A DNA stretch of 20,131 nucleotides from Promethearchaeia archaeon. Lineage in GTDB: Archaea; Asgardarchaeota; Lokiarchaeia; Sigyniarchaeales; SOKP01. The stretch is from the NCBI GenBank assembly GCA_046483985.1, contig JAWOCD010000015.1, positions 1 through 20,131 of the forward strand, in the 5' to 3' direction. The notes under the pieces are model-generated. The model was not told the DNA's origin, did no database searches, and saw nothing but the letters and a program-made list of their open reading frames with translations. How positions within the stretch are numbered: position 1 is the stretch's first letter; each line of letters begins with the position of its first letter. The position numbers were made by a program, and so were the translations under genes. Below are positions 16,299-20,131 of this stretch, one piece after another.

Positions 16299-19196
16299 AT
16301 GATAAATTGGTTTGTATTTTTTTTTATGGCTTTCTCTTTTGTATTAAGTATCATGTCCGACTTATCAGCTTTCCTTTTCATAAACTTGCCTATTGTAGCT
16401 TTCTCTCGGGCTCTATTCATTATCGGATATTATCTGAAATATATTAAGTATTCGGATAAAGATTTGATTAACGTTGAGCATACCTTATCCAGAAGAGAAA
16501 TCCTTTATTTTATTGCAAAAAATGTGTTCTTAATTCTGCTTGGGATGTTCACTACTATTTTGGCAGTATTTATTGCCGTCTATTCATTGTTAATTGCGGG
16601 AAATTATCTTCAAGATATCTCTGGGAAAATAGAGGATAGTACTCTCGAGAGAATGGGCAGATATATAGAATTATATACGCCCGTTGTGTTTGCAGTTCCA
16701 TTCATAATGTTTCAAGATTTCCTTGTCCTGGCAGCTATTCTCGGGGCATATTTTCTCTATATCAACTACGGAAAGGAATATGCCACTCTCACCTATGATG
16801 GACTGATACGACGCTATAGAAAGCGAAAATTTCTTAAAATCCCTCTTTTCTTTCAGATACTGATCATTATTTTGGTGATTTCGCCCTCTATTATTTTTTG
16901 GATATTGTTCTCTATTTATAACTTTTATATGGTTGATAATACGTTCCTTTTAATCCCATTTTTGTTTAACCCGGTATTGCTGGTAGGGTTTAATCTCCCG
17001 GTCATTTTCGGTGCCCGAGTTTTTTACTACTTTGCCATCTATCTTAATTTTAAACAATCTCAAGAGGAATCAAAACCGCTGAGGGAAAGTTTGCTGAAAA
17101 TATCCAGAAATAAATGGATATATCTCATTCTCGTTAACTTTACGATTCTTATTCTCGGAACACTTATTATTTATTGTACCTTGCTTTTCGCTATTTATTC
17201 TTTTCTCATGGCGACCCGCTATTATAGAAATATTCGGAAAAAAAAAGCGAAATATCAAGATACGCTACTCACATATTTAGGCTACATTTTTTCGGCGGTT
17301 ACTTTTACTCTGGCTTTATTCTTTTATTTCGGCATATATTCAATCATTCTTTTCACACTTTCAGCTGGAATAGCAATCATATATTTTTTATGGCAAGAAA
17401 AATCGGGGCTGATACTCTCGCTAAAGGATGCAATCACTTACTTTAATCAAAAGTTTCGGAGAAGATATCCCAATATCCTGCAATCATTTTTAATAGGATG
17501 GCTTATTGTAGTTCCGATAATTTTTGTTTATGGAATAACGGCATTAGGAACGCCTCAGAGAGAACATAAGATGATGACGATGAGCGACGGCACGAAGTTG
17601 TCTACGAATATTTATTATTCGCCTTTGAAGTGGGATCCATGGACTGAGAGCGCTACAGAGGCGCCAGTCATTTTAATCCGTACCCCATATAATAAAGATG
17701 CTACGGGAATGGATCTCTACGCTGATCTTTATCTTTCTCGAGGTTATCACGTCGTATTTCAAGATATGCGAAATACCTACGAAAGCGAGGGGGTTAAATC
17801 CGATCTACTCTTTACCAGCAGTTACCAAGACGGTGTGGATACAATACAATGGATCTTAGACAGAGGATGGTGCAATGGAAAGATTGGATCAGTCGGAGCT
17901 TCTGCTCTATCCATAAATTCTTTTATGTATGCTGGAATGGAAGACGCATATCAAGGAGATAATGGGTTACAATGCCAGACTCATATGTTCGGGGTTGCCG
18001 ATTTGTACCGGGATGCGATTATGGAAGGGGCTTTCCGACATGATTTAGTCAATGATTGGCTTAAAAGCACTGCTCCTTATAATTATCGCTATCAATTAGA
18101 TACCATTTATGACCTTATTGATAGCGAAGACAAATCTAATAAAGCTAATCTCAGAACAACCTTAAATAACGGCATTAATAATTGGTCTAATGTGAATGCA
18201 AGAGCTTTACATGTGGCCGGCTGGTATGACGTATTTCTCGGAGGTTCGCTCCGAGCCTTTAAGGGGTATGATGATAACGGAACAACACGGGCTCGTGACC
18301 ATCAAGCTCTAATTATTGGACCTTGGACCCACGGAGCTTTTTATACCCAGCAACAAGGTGATTTAACTTATCCCGAAAATAGTATTGCAATGGGGAAGAT
18401 TTTTGATTGGGAGTTTGAAATATTTCAAGAGAGCTTATTAGGCGAAGAGACCGATTTATGGGATGGAGATCGGGTTGCCTATTACTTGATGGGTGATCCA
18501 AACGATCCTAAGGCGAACTCTTGGAGATATGCCGAGGATTGGCCGTTAGACTCAAAGAGAAATAAATGGTATTTCGGCAATAAAAAAGATTCAAATGAGA
18601 AGGTTTTAGTAGATGATGGGTCCCAGTTGCAAAGCCTTCAAAATTTCTCATACACTTATGATCCGAGAGATCCTTGTCCCACCTTGGGAGGAAACAATCT
18701 TCGAGGATCGGGTCCCGAAGATCAGAGCTCACTTATTGCTAGAAACGATACTCTTAAATTTGCGTCACCAGAATTACAAGAACCATACACCATTGAGGGA
18801 GAGATGAATGTGAATCTATCTTTCAAGTCAAATTGCTCTGATACGGATTTTATGGTTCGTTTGGTGGATATTTATCCCGACGGACGTCATATGTTGATTG
18901 TTGACGGGGCAAAAACAGCCAGCTTGCGAAATGGGTCATTTCACAGAGACCTATTAAACTCAAATCAAACGGATAAGATCTATAATATGACGGTGCCGCT
19001 TTTTTCGACTGCTTATCGGTTCAGCGAAGGACACCGTATCGGCTTAATCATTAGTAGTAGCAACTTTCCACGATATGGGATTAATCCAAATACTGGCGGC
19101 TCGATCACCCAACACTATGCTAATGGATCGATTGCGAATAATTCGATTGTTACTGGACCGAATAAATCAAACATAGAATTTCCGGAACCCACATAA
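16299..19196 (+). CDS. CocE/NonD-family serine hydrolase with a ~415-aa N-terminal polytopic membrane region
   Basis: MSDGTKLST, RTPYNK, QDMR, DGVDTIQWI, WCNGKIG, GASA nucleophile, GWYD, GPWTH, YDPRDP, ISSSNFPRY; N-terminus hydrophobic and internally duplicated. Confidence 0.9.
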   Translation: MINWFVFFFMAFSFVLSIMSDLSAFLFINLPIVAFSRALFIIGYYLKYIKYSDKDLINVEHTLSRREILYFIAKNVFLILLGMFTTILAVFIAVYSLLIAGNYLQDISGKIEDSTLERMGRYIELYTPVVFAVPFIMFQDFLVLAAILGAYFLYINYGKEYATLTYDGLIRRYRKRKFLKIPLFFQILIIILVISPSIIFWILFSIYNFYMVDNTFLLIPFLFNPVLLVGFNLPVIFGARVFYYFAIYLNFKQSQEESKPLRESLLKISRNKWIYLILVNFTILILGTLIIYCTLLFAIYSFLMATRYYRNIRKKKAKYQDTLLTYLGYIFSAVTFTLALFFYFGIYSIILFTLSAGIAIIYFLWQEKSGLILSLKDAITYFNQKFRRRYPNILQSFLIGWLIVVPIIFVYGITALGTPQREHKMMTMSDGTKLSTNIYYSPLKWDPWTESATEAPVILIRTPYNKDATGMDLYADLYLSRGYHVVFQDMRNTYESEGVKSDLLFTSSYQDGVDTIQWILDRGWCNGKIGSVGASALSINSFMYAGMEDAYQGDNGLQCQTHMFGVADLYRDAIMEGAFRHDLVNDWLKSTAPYNYRYQLDTIYDLIDSEDKSNKANLRTTLNNGINNWSNVNARALHVAGWYDVFLGGSLRAFKGYDDNGTTRARDHQALIIGPWTHGAFYTQQQGDLTYPENSIAMGKIFDWEFEIFQESLLGEETDLWDGDRVAYYLMGDPNDPKANSWRYAEDWPLDSKRNKWYFGNKKDSNEKVLVDDGSQLQSLQNFSYTYDPRDPCPTLGGNNLRGSGPEDQSSLIARNDTLKFASPELQEPYTIEGEMNVNLSFKSNCSDTDFMVRLVDIYPDGRHMLIVDGAKTASLRNGSFHRDLLNSNQTDKIYNMTVPLFSTAYRFSEGHRIGLIISSSNFPRYGINPNTGGSITQHYANGSIANNSIVTGPNKSNIEFPEPT

Positions 19197-19229
19197 CTTT
19201 TAATTTCTTTTTTCTTTTATCTTATTTTT
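19197..19229 (+). terminator. Oligo-T archaeal terminator
   Basis: Several T-tracts directly after the stop codon. Confidence 0.5.
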
Positions 19230-19361
19230 AGAAGTTTTTCACACCAAGTCTCGTGTACTATAGATTCCTTGAGATGATCAAAGAGTTGCTTAACTAAGTA
19301 TAAAAACTTAGAGAGATTATTATTTACAAAACTTAAAATCATAAATTGATTTATAATCATA

Positions 19362-19967
19362 ATGATTAATTATATTGTATTGCTATTGAGTGTTCTGGGC
19401 TTTATCCTTCCGACATTTTTTGATTTACAATTCATGATTGCGGTAAATTTTCCTCTCATTTTGCTCTCTCGATGTTTATATATTGCTGCCTTTTACTTAA
19501 ACTATGTAAGGTTTTCTCAAAGAGAGGCGGAAGAGTTAGATAATCCACTTTTTTCTAAGAAGGAGACGCTCTATTTTATAGGGAAAAATGCGTTAATTGT
19601 CATTCTCGGTTTCTTACATTTTTACCTTGCCGTGTTTTTCGCTGCATATTCTTTGTTATGCGTTGGAGTTTATGATCAAACGATCGGAGAAAAGAAAAAT
19701 GCAAAATATCTCTATGAGATTCCGGGAAAGATAGTCTATTACGTTTCTCCTTTAGTTATAGCCTTGATCATTTTCCTGGTAGGCGATCTTTCCGCGTTTA
19801 TGCCCTTATTTTTTTCCATTTTAGGTTTTCTCTTCTGGGGACAGAAATATGCCCAACTTGACTTAAGGGAGTTAGAAAAGCGCTATGAGAAGCGCTTAAT
19901 CAATAAAATTCCGCTCTTTATACAGATATGGGTTAATTTTACAAAAGAAGGATCAATTATAAAATAA
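19362..19967 (+). pseudogene. Membrane protein paralogous to the N-terminus of 16299-19196, probably truncated at ~19930
   Basis: Colinear similarity (MINY/MINW, NFPLILLSR/NLPIVAFSR, LYFIGKN/LYFIAKN, LAVFFAAYSLL/LAVFIAVYSLL, KIPLFIQI/KIPLFFQI). It breaks at the start of the next TM helix into unrelated VNFTKEGSIIK*. Confidence 0.65.
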
Positions 19968-19983
19968 CCGTTTTTGGGATTGT

Positions 19984-20130
19984 TTACACGGAGATTACCC
20001 CACTTGCCACATTAGGCACCTCTATCAATCGCAAATTATTTTTAAGAAACGACCCCCTGATGGTGCGCTCTATTCGGATTTCATTTAATATTTCGGGATT
20101 ATTTCGAACGATTATCCACACCCGGATAAG
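19984..20130 (-). CDS. C-terminal 48 aa of a gene entering from the right edge, possibly a transposase
   Basis: Open frame LIRVWIIVRNNPEILNEIRIERTIRGSFLKNNLRLIEVPNVASGVISV*; stop lies ~53 bp from the breakpoint GGGTTAATTTTACAAAAG at ~19930. Confidence 0.4.
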   Translation of the reverse strand, partial: LIRVWIIVRNNPEILNEIRIERTIRGSFLKNNLRLIEVPNVASGVISV

Positions 20131-20131
20131 T

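Noticed and set aside
17890-17910. GASA instead of GxSY at the CocE nucleophile as a sign of inactivity
   Set aside because: Ser, Asp (GWYD), His (GPWTH) and the RTPY tyrosine are all retained.
1-20131. tRNA/rRNA genes and selenocysteine read-through
   Set aside because: No cloverleaf or rRNA-like segment and no in-frame TGA within a conserved domain seen by eye; tRNAscan-SE/Infernal would be needed to exclude them formally.

Overview
AT-rich archaeal window, most likely from an Asgard (Lokiarchaeia-like) genome. This is inferred from the archaeal ether-lipid operon, a stand-alone GuaAB-type GMP synthase subunit, TATA-like promoters and a Loki-CTERM-like C-terminal anchor. Left to right: ilvD-family dehydratase (cut by the window edge); a ~650-bp mobile-element relic (Zn-ribbon ORF, coupled 50-aa ORF, broken ParB/Srx gene); a Gfo/Idh/MocA oxidoreductase - CE15 esterase - MBL hydrolase cluster; an AbrB/PIN toxin-antitoxin pair behind a 20-bp-phased TGGGAA array; a decayed surface-protein gene; a second Gfo/Idh/MocA paralogue; a 313-bp internally deleted IS200/IS605 (tnpB) element that keeps both ends and a probable omega-RNA; a four-gene ether-lipid operon (CTP-dependent lipid kinase-like, GGR, GGGPS, DGGGPS); a 1.7-kb accessory segment punctuated by TGTG(T/A)CACA palindromes around a DUF998-like gene and a basic orphan ORF; an enlarged guaAB; a CocE/NonD hydrolase fused to a duplicated membrane module; and a third copy of that module apparently cut by an insertion at the right edge. 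All calls come from motif recognition by eye; no database search was run.
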